Numbered from the stretch's first letter, positions 9,851-19,466 are shown. The stretch: 64,000 bases of DNA from an uncultured Desulfobacterales bacterium (GCA_964435695.1 CAYTAQ010000001.1:4580-68579); one strand, 5' to 3'. Numbers and translations are program-made. The notes: generated by a model not told the origin, from the sequence alone.

Positions 9851-10384
9851 TCAAAATTCCTCTATTGTAATAGAATCATTGGTATAAACACACAGAGAAG
9901 CGGCAATGCGCATGGCTGCTTCCACAATTTGTCTGGCGGTCAAATCCGTGTGCCGCATCAGTGCCGTTGCAGCGGCCTGGGCCCCAACACCGCCGGATCC
10001 GATGCCGATGACGCCTTCATCGGGTTCGATGACATCGCCATTTCCCGATATGAGAAAAATGTTCTCGGCATCTATGGCGATCATGATCGCTTCCAATCGC
10101 CGTAAGTATTTATCGGTTCGCCAATCCCTTGCCAATTCCACTGCGGATCGGGTCAAATTCCCGTTATAGCGTTCCAGTTTGGATTCAAGCTTTTCCGATA
10201 GATGCAGCGCGTCGGCAGTAGCGCCTGCAAACCCGACCATAATTTTATCATGATATATCTTTCTGACTTTTTTTGCCGTGTGTTTGATGACATTATCATT
10301 GAGACTGACCTGTCCATCCCCGGCCAGTGCAACACGGCCTTTGTGTCGCACAGCCAAAATCGTGGTGCCGTGTATGTTGTTCAT
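9851..10384 (-). CDS. hslV: ATP-dependent protease subunit HslV
   Basis: 177 aa. The N-terminus HGTTILAVR carries the catalytic Thr, and GSGG is present. It is paired with hslU. Confidence 0.93.
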   Translation of the reverse strand: MNNIHGTTILAVRHKGRVALAGDGQVSLNDNVIKHTAKKVRKIYHDKIMVGFAGATADALHLSEKLESKLERYNGNLTRSAVELARDWRTDKYLRRLEAIMIAIDAENIFLISGNGDVIEPDEGVIGIGSGGVGAQAAATALMRHTDLTARQIVEAAMRIAASLCVYTNDSITIEEF

Positions 10385-10397
10385 TGCTTATACCTTT

Positions 10398-10562
10398 GAG
10401 TAACGAGTTGCGAGTTACGGGTTACAGGTTGAATTTATCAAAACCGTCCTATCACAATCATCCTCTTTGTTTCTCATCATAAGGTTCATGTTCCCTCGTT
10501 GCATGCAAATAACAAGGTCTAACCCGGAACACGCAACCCGCAACCCGAAACTCGCAACCGGC
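10398..10562. repeat. word-built palindrome (CGCAACCCG theme) between xerC and hslV
   Basis: The left arm GAGTAACGAGTTGCGAGTTACGGGTTACAGGTT faces the right arm AACCCGGAACACGCAACCCGCAACCCGAAACTCGCAACCGG, with a ~90-nt centre. Confidence 0.8.
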
Positions 10563-11507
10563 CTATTTCCTCGGATGTGCTTTATCGTAAGCTTCCATCA
10601 ATCGATCGATGCTGACATGGGTATATTTCTGCGTAGTGGAAAGGCTTTTGTGACCAAGCAACTCCTGTACGATCCTTAAATCAGCGCCTGCGTCAAGCAA
10701 GTGTGTTGCAAATGAATGGCGGAATGCATGTGGTGAAACCGGAACGGAAATGCCGCATGCCTTTGCGATTTTATCAAGAATACGGGCAATGGAACGCGCT
10801 GTCAATCGCGTCCAATTTTTATTCAAGAACAGCGGCCGGTCCAAAGAAAAATCACCTGCTTTCGAATTTTGCTGAACGGCTTCTTTAAGTTTCCGACGAT
10901 AATTCAATAAAGATTGCATCGCTTTTTTGCCGATGGGAACGATCCTTTCCTTCTTCCCTTTTCCCATCACCCGAATGACGCTGGAATCAAAATCCACATC
11001 CTGCACATTCAAACCCGCCAGCTCAGACACGCGGATCCCGCATGAATAAAGCGTCTCAAAAATCGCACGGTTTCTGGCGCTCAACAAGGTTTCTGTTTGA
11101 ACAGAATCCAGCAATCTGAACATATCATCGATGGGAAGATACGTTGGTATGCTTCTTTCTTGCTTCGGTGTTAAAACGGCATCCGCAGGATTTCCATCAA
11201 TATAACCATGTTTCACAAGATATCTGAAAAATGAGCGGATGGTGGAGAGTTTTCGTGCGATGGTCGATTTCTTGTTTTTTTTATACAGATAACCGAGATA
11301 TCCCCTGATGGCCAACCCGGAAACATCATCGAGGCAGAACGTTTTTGATTTGTCACCCTCATTGGTTTTAACAAACCCGCTTGTTTTAAGATAGCTGGCG
11401 AATTCTAAAAGATCTTTTCGATACGCCCGGCAGGTATGCTTTGAATATCCTTTCTCCACTGAAAGGGCATCAAGAAAAGATTTTATTAATTCGTCCATTT
11501 TATGCAA
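10563..11507 (-). CDS. xerC: tyrosine recombinase XerC/XerD family
   Basis: 314 aa with catalytic-region motifs ARNRAIFETLYSCGIRVSE, HAFRHSFATHLL and LGHKSLSTTQKYTHV. Confidence 0.88.
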   Translation of the reverse strand: MHKMDELIKSFLDALSVEKGYSKHTCRAYRKDLLEFASYLKTSGFVKTNEGDKSKTFCLDDVSGLAIRGYLGYLYKKNKKSTIARKLSTIRSFFRYLVKHGYIDGNPADAVLTPKQERSIPTYLPIDDMFRLLDSVQTETLLSARNRAIFETLYSCGIRVSELAGLNVQDVDFDSSVIRVMGKGKKERIVPIGKKAMQSLLNYRRKLKEAVQQNSKAGDFSLDRPLFLNKNWTRLTARSIARILDKIAKACGISVPVSPHAFRHSFATHLLDAGADLRIVQELLGHKSLSTTQKYTHVSIDRLMEAYDKAHPRK

Positions 11508-11826
11508 CTTTTCGAGATTTTTTCTTTAATCTTGAAATCTTCCTGCGATAAATGGTTGCCATTTTTGAATTTTTCTCTCCGGTTGCCTTATTCCGTTTGA
11601 TCTTCAACGCCTTGATTTGGCGTTTAACCTCTCTTACCGTACCGGATCCCTTCTTTTTGACCTCTTCCTTAATATTCTTGGCCACCTTAATGGCGCTCAA
11701 AAGATCCGATTTGTTCATGCCATGAACGCCCGTGATCTCAGGGATCGCCAGCGCGACTTCTTTGAGTTCTTTGACCGTCATCTTATCGAGGGGTTTTTTA
11801 AACTCGCCTGTTTTATCTTCAGCCAT
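11500..11826 (-). CDS. small Lys-rich protein with a Rho-N/SAP-like helix-hairpin (MTVKELKEVA...)
   Basis: An AAAGGAGAT RBS lies 8 nt before the ATG at 11826. The stop overlaps the xerC start by 8 nt. The C-terminal half is K/R-rich. Function is unknown. Confidence 0.55.
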   Translation of the reverse strand: MAEDKTGEFKKPLDKMTVKELKEVALAIPEITGVHGMNKSDLLSAIKVAKNIKEEVKKKGSGTVREVKRQIKALKIKRNKATGEKNSKMATIYRRKISRLKKKSRKVA

Positions 11827-12029
11827 AACCGTAATATCTCCTTTCCCAATCTGTTGAAAAACGATAGCGGAAGCTCCAAGCCCCCGCATTTTTATCTGAT
11901 ATCAAGTGTTTAATATTTTTTGCAGACAGCAAACCAAATGCTGCGGCAAAATTTTTTTATTAAACAACTTTTTTAAATTGTGTCAACAGTTACTTTCGTT
12001 TATGGGTCATGTTTCCGTGAACCTGCGCT

Positions 12030-12239
12030 TTATTCCTTCTCCATGGCCACCAATCGAAGACTGACTTTCACCATTTTATCGACCACCGGCATAAGGATAA
12101 TTAAACCGGGACCTTTTGCCTTTATCACCCGTCCCAGTCTGAAAATGACGCCCCGTTCATATTCATTCAAAATCTTTAATGCCGCTGTTAGAAAAAAAAT
12201 AATCAGTATAATAATGGCAATGGGTGTTATGGCGTTCAC
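12030..12239 (-). pseudogene. stomatin/SPFH (slipin) gene remnant, first ~69 codons only
   Basis: The sequence has a TM helix followed by [41 protein letters not shown], which is the start of an SPFH domain, then EKE-stop. Downstream sequence in all frames has no SPFH continuation. The GTG start overlaps the nfeD stop (GTGA). Confidence 0.7.
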
Positions 12240-13528
12240 AGTTCTTCTCCTTTTTCAATGGCTTCCACTTCAAGAACCAGGTTTTCCATTTTGACCACCC
12301 GAACTTTTGTACCTTCCTCTAAAGAAGAGCGGGCTTTTGCAAACCACAGTTCACCGTGGACAAAAACTTTTCCCTCCGGTGCGATCTTCTTTTTAACCAC
12401 ACCGATTTCACCCACCAGTCCGCGATCGCCTGTTTTCGGTTTTGACATTTGAGCCTTGAATGCCAAGCCGGCGACCCCGACAAAAAAAGCTGAGACCGCT
12501 GTGATCGTCGGAATCAACACCTGCCATGCGATCCGAAACTGGTCCTCTTCCCCTTCAAACAGCATCAAGGACCCCAGAAGAAGCGAAATCACACCTGCAG
12601 TGCTTAACAATCCAAAACTGGTAATCTTCATTTCCATGATAAAGAATACAATGGAAAGGATAATCAGCAGGATCCCGGCATAGTTCACCGGTAAAGTCTG
12701 GAAAGAAAAGAAGGCCAAAATGAGGGCGATCCCCCCAACGACGCCAGGGAAAATGGCGCCCGGATGCGAGAGCTCAAAATATAAGCCGGCCAACCCGATC
12801 ATCATGAGTATATAAGCAATATTCGGATCGCTAATGGTTTTCAGTATTTTGGTTCGAAGGCTCTCTTGCAAAACTTTTCGTCCGGCTTCCTTGAGATTCA
12901 GTTTTCCTTTGCCTTCAATCTCCCTGCCATCGATCTGCCGGATGAGATCGTCAATATCCGTAGCAATGATATTAATGATATTCTGTTCAAGCGCTTCCTT
13001 TTCCGTCACAGATACGCTTTCCCGAACCGCTTTTTCCGCCCATTCCGCATTACGTCCGCGTTTATCCGCAATGCTTTTCACATAGGCTACCATGTCGTTG
13101 GTAACCTTTTCCGACATGGTTTCTCCGATCTCTTTCCCACCGGATGCCACCGGGTGGGCAGCGCCGATATTGGTGCCCGGCGCCATTGCCGCAACGTCCG
13201 CCGCCATGGTAATCATGACCCCTGCGGAGGCAGCTCGCGCGCCGCTGGGAGAAACGAAGACAACAATCGGGATGTCCGCTGCGTACATCGCCATGACAAT
13301 CTTGCGCATGGATTCGGCAAGTCCTCCCGGTGTATCTAATTCTATGATGAGGCAGGCGGCTTTTTCCGTATCTGCTTTCTTGATTCCCCTGGTAATAAAA
13401 TCAGCAATTCCCGGACTGATGGCATCGGAAACGCGAAGGATGTAAACGTCATTTTTTTCAGCAAATACAGATCCGATGCAAACGAAAAAAACGAACATAA
13501 ATACAAAGAATCCACATAAGGGTTTCAT
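12236..13528 (-). CDS. nfeD: NfeD-family membrane-bound ClpP-class serine protease
   Basis: It has a signal peptide, a ClpP-like N-domain ([17 protein letters not shown]), multiple TM helices and a C-terminal OB-like NfeD domain. I set the start at the ATG at 13528, which has an AGGAAA RBS. Confidence 0.85.
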   Translation of the reverse strand: MKPLCGFFVFMFVFFVCIGSVFAEKNDVYILRVSDAISPGIADFITRGIKKADTEKAACLIIELDTPGGLAESMRKIVMAMYAADIPIVVFVSPSGARAASAGVMITMAADVAAMAPGTNIGAAHPVASGGKEIGETMSEKVTNDMVAYVKSIADKRGRNAEWAEKAVRESVSVTEKEALEQNIINIIATDIDDLIRQIDGREIEGKGKLNLKEAGRKVLQESLRTKILKTISDPNIAYILMMIGLAGLYFELSHPGAIFPGVVGGIALILAFFSFQTLPVNYAGILLIILSIVFFIMEMKITSFGLLSTAGVISLLLGSLMLFEGEEDQFRIAWQVLIPTITAVSAFFVGVAGLAFKAQMSKPKTGDRGLVGEIGVVKKKIAPEGKVFVHGELWFAKARSSLEEGTKVRVVKMENLVLEVEAIEKGEEL

Positions 13529-13632
13529 CTGATTTCCTATATTAAGTTTCCAAAACATCAATAATTTGCTGGGAGGCTAGAATGCCGGAAAGCTTGAAGG
13601 CAAATACCATAGATTCCCAGCCTCCCAGCTTC

Positions 13633-14406
13633 CTATCCACCCAGACCCATTGCGCTCATAAGCTTTTTCATATCCTCCCAAACAGCACGCTTTTTCTCCG
13701 GATTCCGAAGCAAGTAAGCCGGATGGTATGTCGGCAATACCTTGATCCCCATAAAATCATGAAATTCTCCTCTTAATTTAGAAATGGGTATTTCACTCCG
13801 GAGGAGCGTTTGGGCGGCAAATGTTCCCAGTGCACAAATAAAATCAGGTTTGATGACCTTGAGTTGTCGTTCCAGAAAAGGCTTGCAGACCTCTATTTCG
13901 CTGGGTTTCGGGTTCCGGTTTCCGGGTGGACGACATTTAATGATGTTGCAGATATAAATCCTTTCGCGCGTGAGGTGCATGGCTTCAATGATTTTGCTCA
14001 GAAGCTGTCCGGCTGCACCTACAAAAGGAACGCCCCTTTTGTCTTCCTCGTATCCCGGTCCCTCTCCCACAAAAACAAGCCGGGCATTCACATCGCCTTC
14101 CCCGAAAACGATCTGTGTCCGCGTCTCGCAAAGACCGCATCGCCTGCAACGCTGCAGATCCGAACGAATATCCGCCATGGTTTCAGTTGGGAGCTTTTCC
14201 GGGATCTCCCCCCAATGGCGAACCATCCAAAGACTCTTTGAGTTGCAATTAAATCCGCTGCAACCCATATCCGCCATATAACTCAGGGTATTGGAAACAT
14301 CCGCCAGCCATTCAGCAATCTCATTCGGACAATTTGCATTTTTTTCTAATAAACGTTCATCCATCTTCATAACGTCTCGATTGGGGTTAATTTGAAGTTT
14401 CCCCAT
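13633..14406 (-). CDS. uracil-DNA glycosylase, family 4, with N-terminal extension
   Basis: Motifs CRRCGLC, VGEGPGYEEDKRGVPFVGAAGQLL and HPAYLLRNP are present. The exact start is uncertain; Met 1, 13 and 15 are all possible. Confidence 0.85.
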   Translation of the reverse strand: MGKLQINPNRDVMKMDERLLEKNANCPNEIAEWLADVSNTLSYMADMGCSGFNCNSKSLWMVRHWGEIPEKLPTETMADIRSDLQRCRRCGLCETRTQIVFGEGDVNARLVFVGEGPGYEEDKRGVPFVGAAGQLLSKIIEAMHLTRERIYICNIIKCRPPGNRNPKPSEIEVCKPFLERQLKVIKPDFICALGTFAAQTLLRSEIPISKLRGEFHDFMGIKVLPTYHPAYLLRNPEKKRAVWEDMKKLMSAMGLGG

Positions 14407-14429
14407 AACAGGATTGGCAACATGCTCCG

Positions 14430-15632
14430 TTATTTTTTGCGTTGAGCTGCAATGCGATCAAGCAGGCGGTGCGCGATCTCATTTTTTCCCATCAGCGGCA
14501 GTACCTCATTTTGCCCATCTTTATAGTAAAACGTCACGCTGTTGGTATCTGCCTCAAACCCAGATCCTATCTGCCCAACAATATTCCCTACGATCATATC
14601 AAGTTTTTTCGCAGCCAGTTTGCTGGTGGCATTTTGTTCAAGATCTTCTGTCTCGGCTGCAAATCCCACAAGAAACACCTCTTTTTTATTTTTGCCGAGC
14701 TCGGATAGAATATCCGGATTTCGAACAAGCTGCAATGTCATTTCTGCCTGGTCTTTTTTAATTTTCTGCGTCGACGTCAGCTTCGGTCGGTAATCAGACA
14801 CCGCAGCAGCTTTTATAACGATATCGGACTGATCCATATGAGCGAATACGGCATCTGCCATTTCCTTGGCCGTCCGGACACCGACTTTGCGCACATTTAA
14901 TGGATCCGGCAAATGCGTAGGACCGGCTACCAGAATGACTTCTGCTCCCCGATGTTCGGCTGCCCTGGCGATCTCATACCCCATTTTCCCTGAAGACGGG
15001 TTGCTGATGAAACGGACCGGATCGATGGATTCATGGGTCGGTCCGGCCGTAACGAGTATTGTTATGCCCCTCAGATCCTGGGTTCTTAAACATTTCACCA
15101 ATCTATCCAGAATCGCATCCGGGTCGGGAAGGCGGCCCGGGCCCGTGGTACCGCAGGCCAGATCACCGGAGCCGGGAGAGAGGACAGTCATGCCATCCTG
15201 TTCCAAGATTTCGATATTTCGCTGAACCGCCTTGCTTGTGTACATGTGGGTATTCATGGAAGGGCAAATCAACTTCGGCACTGTTACAGCCATCATGAAG
15301 GTCGTTATGGCATCATCTGCAATTCCACAGGCGATTTTCCCGATAATATCTGCTGTTGCCGGGGCAATGACGACGGCATCCGCTTCTTCCGCCCATGCGA
15401 TATGGCCGATGGAAGCATTATTGCCCCCTTCGAACAGACTCGAGCAGACCCTCTGACCGGACAACGCTTCAAATGTTAAAGGGCCTACAAAACGCCGCGC
15501 ATTCTCCGTCATCAAAACCCTTACAAGGGCGCCCTGCTTTTTCAACAACCTCAGAAGCTCAACACTTTTATATGCAGCGATTCCGCCGCTTATGCCCAAT
15601 ATGATGTTTTTATTTTCTAATATATTTTTCAT
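14430..15632 (-). CDS. coaBC: bifunctional phosphopantothenoylcysteine decarboxylase / phosphopantothenate-cysteine ligase
   Basis: It has an N-terminal flavoprotein domain (GISGGIAAYK, PATADIIGK) and a C-terminal CoaB domain (AGPTHESIDPVRFISNPSSGKMG, AAVSDY). I set the start at Met25 to avoid overlapping the upstream gene. Confidence 0.9.
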   Translation of the reverse strand: MKNILENKNIILGISGGIAAYKSVELLRLLKKQGALVRVLMTENARRFVGPLTFEALSGQRVCSSLFEGGNNASIGHIAWAEEADAVVIAPATADIIGKIACGIADDAITTFMMAVTVPKLICPSMNTHMYTSKAVQRNIEILEQDGMTVLSPGSGDLACGTTGPGRLPDPDAILDRLVKCLRTQDLRGITILVTAGPTHESIDPVRFISNPSSGKMGYEIARAAEHRGAEVILVAGPTHLPDPLNVRKVGVRTAKEMADAVFAHMDQSDIVIKAAAVSDYRPKLTSTQKIKKDQAEMTLQLVRNPDILSELGKNKKEVFLVGFAAETEDLEQNATSKLAAKKLDMIVGNIVGQIGSGFEADTNSVTFYYKDGQNEVLPLMGKNEIAHRLLDRIAAQRKK

Positions 15633-15654
15633 TAAGGTATCCAATTGATAATTA

Positions 15655-16107
15655 TTAATTGTTTTTGGGGGCGACCCATATGTCCACCTGGGTACCATAT
15701 CCATTTTCCGCCAGGGTGATCACACACCACCGGTTTCCCTTTTCAAACAAAAGCAGGGAGCGGGGGCCTTGAAAACCGCTTACCGATCGCCAATTGTCTT
15801 TGGTCATGTTGCTTTTAAAAAATTGAATTAACGTCTCGCTGTCTATTTTTCCGGCAAGCGATAAAACGCCTGCAGAAATATTTACTGTCTTGAAAACAGA
15901 TGATATCCGCCGGTTCAGTTTCAGCTCGCCGGGAATGAGAATATCATCAAAATCATGATAGACAGGTGAAGCCCGGCGTTGCTGCAGCGAGCCCTTTCTG
16001 TCGGAAGATGCGTTCTCGATGGGCTTTAGAACACTGCATCCCGTTATCATGAGTATCACCAAAATGACGATGCCTGCATAGAATTTAATGCTGCTCGTTG
16101 TTTTCAT
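15655..16107 (-). CDS. putative lipoprotein, function unknown
   Basis: Signal peptide with lipobox ITGC. No recognisable family. Confidence 0.6.
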   Translation of the reverse strand: MKTTSSIKFYAGIVILVILMITGCSVLKPIENASSDRKGSLQQRRASPVYHDFDDILIPGELKLNRRISSVFKTVNISAGVLSLAGKIDSETLIQFFKSNMTKDNWRSVSGFQGPRSLLLFEKGNRWCVITLAENGYGTQVDIWVAPKNN

Positions 16108-16270
16108 GGTGCTGTCGCATGGTCGGATTGGTCATTTAAGGTTTAGGGCTCACTTTAGCCCTTCCAATTTACGGTTATTTATATTATCCTATTGTTAAGC
16201 GGCTGTCAAAAAATGAATCTTCCCGTGCTCACGCATGGGACATCGCCCCAACCGTAAAAGGATTCTTTCG

Positions 16271-16627
16271 ATGAACACCAAATCAGCAATTATTGCATTT
16301 TCTCAAAGCGAAAAAATAAAAGCCGGTCTCATCTGGGCTTCTCAGACGATTGAGGCCAACATGGGCATCTCCGAACCCGAAAAGAGAGGTTCGGAAAGGA
16401 TTATTTCAGCATTGCTGAATATGATTGCCAATGAAATTCATTTGGTTATGAAAATGGCTCCCCATGAAAGGTGGGATGCGGTGATGAAGCATATCGATAC
16501 CGCTGTGGTCATGGTGAATTCAAATGTCGCGCACGATGCCACCTTTCATCTGTCAAAAGCCCTCAGCCAGGTCACCAGCATCGGGCATGAGAGCATGACG
16601 CTTTTAGCTGAAAAAAACCTGCTATAA
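16271..16627 (+). CDS. hypothetical helical protein (~118 aa)
   Basis: An AAAGGA RBS lies 9 nt before the ATG at 16271. No family recognised. Confidence 0.45.
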   Translation: MNTKSAIIAFSQSEKIKAGLIWASQTIEANMGISEPEKRGSERIISALLNMIANEIHLVMKMAPHERWDAVMKHIDTAVVMVNSNVAHDATFHLSKALSQVTSIGHESMTLLAEKNLL

Positions 16628-17773
16628 CCGCTTTACCCCAATAGCCAGAGACACAAAAGCCAGCAGGGTTACTCCGGCCGATACCAGGCAGGTTGCCATG
16701 ATCCCGCCTGCCTGCCATATGCCCCCCCCGATCAGAGCACCCAACATCCTTCCGACACCTGCCGTCGCAAAGAATGCCGACATCATGGTTGCGCGATATG
16801 CAGGCAACAATTCCGTACACAGAGATATGCTCGTTACAATCATAAACTCAAAGGATAGAAAAATTAAAAAAATACCCGCCAACGCCGATGCCAGATTTTT
16901 GCCGACAAAAGGAAGAAGCAGGTAGCAGAGAACCGTGAGAATTAATCCAGTTTTAACCGATCTCTTTAACCCCAAGCGGTCCGAGAAAGACGCGGTCATG
17001 CTTTCTCCGCAGAGCTCAGCCAGTCCGATGATGCTTGTGCCCAACCCGAGCGCCACAATGCTGATGTCGAACGAATCCTCCAACCATGCGCCATAGACCA
17101 CAAACAGGTTGTCGTTGGCAACGCTGATAAAAAAAGCATAACCCAAAGCCCCGACAGCGGATCGGTCTTGCATGAGTTGCCGCCAGGCAAGCCCGAATAC
17201 GTCTTGCGTACGGATCGCTTTCCTTGAATGTAAATCCACCGGAATCAAGAACCACAACAAAACCAGCCCCATAAGACCCATGCCGCCCATTGCAAGAAAA
17301 GGCGCTTGCCATCCCATCCAGTTGATCAGCAAAGCAATAGCCGGGATACCCAGAAGCGTACTGCCCGCCCAGCTCATTTCAAGAAATCCGATGGCCAACC
17401 CCCGTCGCCGATACGATATTTCCCTTCCCACATACGCCTGAATCGCTGGATCGAATATGGTCTTGCCCAAACCTGCCATCAACAACGCAGCCATCACTAC
17501 GGCATATGATGGTAAAAAGCCCGCCCATAACATACCCAAAACCAGCAGGCACACGCCGCACATCATCATGAAGCGGTATCCCAAACGATCCGCTATCGGG
17601 CCAAAAAACATCCCCATAACGGCGGTGGCTTGATTCACGGCGATAATTGAGGTGACGGCTGTAAGGGAAACCCCCAAGCCACGGCTGAGAATCGGTGCAA
17701 ACGGGTAGGCAAATCGTCTGGATGTGTTTAAAAGAAGCCGGCAAAAAATGGCTGCACTGATTCGCACCACCAT
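16622..17773 (-). CDS. MFS transporter
   Basis: About 12 predicted TM helices with an MFS-type loop motif (GPIADRLGYR). I set the start at Met23 (17773) to remove the overlap with the upstream gene. Confidence 0.8.
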   Translation of the reverse strand: MVVRISAAIFCRLLLNTSRRFAYPFAPILSRGLGVSLTAVTSIIAVNQATAVMGMFFGPIADRLGYRFMMMCGVCLLVLGMLWAGFLPSYAVVMAALLMAGLGKTIFDPAIQAYVGREISYRRRGLAIGFLEMSWAGSTLLGIPAIALLINWMGWQAPFLAMGGMGLMGLVLLWFLIPVDLHSRKAIRTQDVFGLAWRQLMQDRSAVGALGYAFFISVANDNLFVVYGAWLEDSFDISIVALGLGTSIIGLAELCGESMTASFSDRLGLKRSVKTGLILTVLCYLLLPFVGKNLASALAGIFLIFLSFEFMIVTSISLCTELLPAYRATMMSAFFATAGVGRMLGALIGGGIWQAGGIMATCLVSAGVTLLAFVSLAIGVKRL

Positions 17774-17796
17774 CTGTACGCTTGTCCTGCCATCGA

Positions 17797-19251
17797 TTAT
17801 ACGGCTTTTCTTAATAGTTTTGCCTGGTTGTCGATCCATTTTTCCATTTCTATTGCGTCATCATGGTTGATGGCCGACAACTGATTAAGCGCTTCTCGAA
17901 TATCTTTGGCGCCTTTATTGAATACCATCTTTACGGAATCATACTCCCGGGTGAGATCGCGCAAGGAAAGTCGATGAACCGGCTGTTTTATTTGCATCTT
18001 TATCAGTTCCCGAATTGATTCCCAACTGTCCCGTCTGGTCTGGCTGTCGAGTGACGTTAATTCATCAACATGCTTGATCTGTTTTTTCCGAAATCGTGAA
18101 AAAAAATACTTTTGAAGATAGGTGGTCCATGCCAATATAATGATCACCGACAATAAACCGCCGACAGCGGCCATCATAACCGGGTCTTCAACCGGTAAAA
18201 CACCGGATTTCATGAAGGCCATTTCCGCCAGCCCACCACCTAAAATGCCGACGATCAAACCGGCAAATAAATACTTGATTCTATATTTCCGAACACGCCT
18301 GCGATAACTTATCAGCGATTCGACCAGGTGCGAGAGACGTTCTCCATGCGTCTCAACAAATGTCGCCAAATGATCAAGACGATGACGAGGAGCCTGCAAA
18401 ATTGCTCGCTTCAGCTCCTCGCGCTGATTTTCAAGAAGTTTTAAAAAACTCATATCATTCGCAACATTGCTTGGTTTTTGAGTCAATGCATTGGGCGAAT
18501 AGGTTAAATGAATCGTCGGTATGTCTTTCCGGCCCGTAATTTGTGAAAGATTCCAGCATAATGTTCCGTATACCTGGAGCAAATCAACCAAGGAGGCACA
18601 CTCATCGATCCTGTTCAGCACAAACAAGACACGATCTTCAAATGTGCGGGTCGGCAATGTTTCCCGAAGACTCGTATGGGCCTCCCTGACGGTTCCTGCT
18701 TTATGCGGGTCGAACAAGACAAGAACCAGATCTGCAATCTGTGCAAAATCACCGATAACATTCTGATAATTATACCCCCGATCTCTTTCGGTAATGCTGT
18801 CGAGCATACCGGGTGTATCAATGATCGCGAGGTTCCTTAAAAAAGGAGAATTGACTTTCTTTAAACGAAAATGCGCGGAAAACCGTTGCCCGTGTTTTTT
18901 AAGTGAGTCAAACGGGTATTCAGGATCGTTCAAGAGGAACTTGCCGTCGCGCTCCTCGTTCACACGAATGGGTTCCTCTGCGGATGCTGATCCATCATAG
19001 GTTAATACGGTAAAAGAATCATCCGTCGGCGCTTGGCCTGTATCCTGTATCCGTGCTCCAAGAAAATCGTTTATCAGTGTGGATTTTCCGGAAGAGTAAT
19101 TGCCGAGCAGCAGAACAAGGGGCTTCCACTTGATGTTGGTCTCCAACGGTGCTTCGCTGTATCCATATTTTATTGCCACCGGGGTTAAATAATTTTCAAC
19201 CATGGCCAGCAAATCTGTCCTCAGCGAATTAATAAAATTTTCGCGATTCAT
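17797..19251 (-). CDS. dynamin-family (EHD-like) membrane NTPase
   Basis: P-loop LLLGNYSSGKSTLIN, then PTDDSFTVLTYDG, DTPGMLD and NRID. A C-terminal hydrophobic hairpin is present (AGLIVGILGGGLAEMAF...VGGLLSVIIILAW). Start set at MNRENF. Confidence 0.7.
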   Translation of the reverse strand: MNRENFINSLRTDLLAMVENYLTPVAIKYGYSEAPLETNIKWKPLVLLLGNYSSGKSTLINDFLGARIQDTGQAPTDDSFTVLTYDGSASAEEPIRVNEERDGKFLLNDPEYPFDSLKKHGQRFSAHFRLKKVNSPFLRNLAIIDTPGMLDSITERDRGYNYQNVIGDFAQIADLVLVLFDPHKAGTVREAHTSLRETLPTRTFEDRVLFVLNRIDECASLVDLLQVYGTLCWNLSQITGRKDIPTIHLTYSPNALTQKPSNVANDMSFLKLLENQREELKRAILQAPRHRLDHLATFVETHGERLSHLVESLISYRRRVRKYRIKYLFAGLIVGILGGGLAEMAFMKSGVLPVEDPVMMAAVGGLLSVIIILAWTTYLQKYFFSRFRKKQIKHVDELTSLDSQTRRDSWESIRELIKMQIKQPVHRLSLRDLTREYDSVKMVFNKGAKDIREALNQLSAINHDDAIEMEKWIDNQAKLLRKAV

Positions 19252-19386
19252 GCATTCCCTTTGTTTGGGTGATAATTCCGTTATTATCCAACGCGAGCGG
19301 TCTAAAGTTATCAAAGCCGTTAATTTGTGTCAACATGAGGCTTATTATTTGTTTTCTTACCTTAACTGATTTAGAAATTCAAAACC

Positions 19387-19415
19387 TTGACCTCAGTAAA
19401 TGATAGTGATAAAAT
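19387..19415 (+). promoter_or_regulatory. sigma70-like promoter for the 19467 gene
   Basis: TTGACC (19387-19392), a 17-nt spacer, then TAAAAT (19410-19415). This lies about 50 nt upstream of the AAGGAGGG RBS and ATG. Confidence 0.45.
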
Positions 19416-19466
19416 AGCTTTGATACGGTTTTCAATACTGCAATTTGTATAACAAGGAGGGAACGA

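Noticed and set aside
331-10562. Possibility that the recurring short repeats represent a CRISPR array.
   Set aside because: The repeats are degenerate, inverted rather than direct, and not regularly spaced with unique spacers. They are scattered one per intergenic gap, and there are no cas genes in the window.
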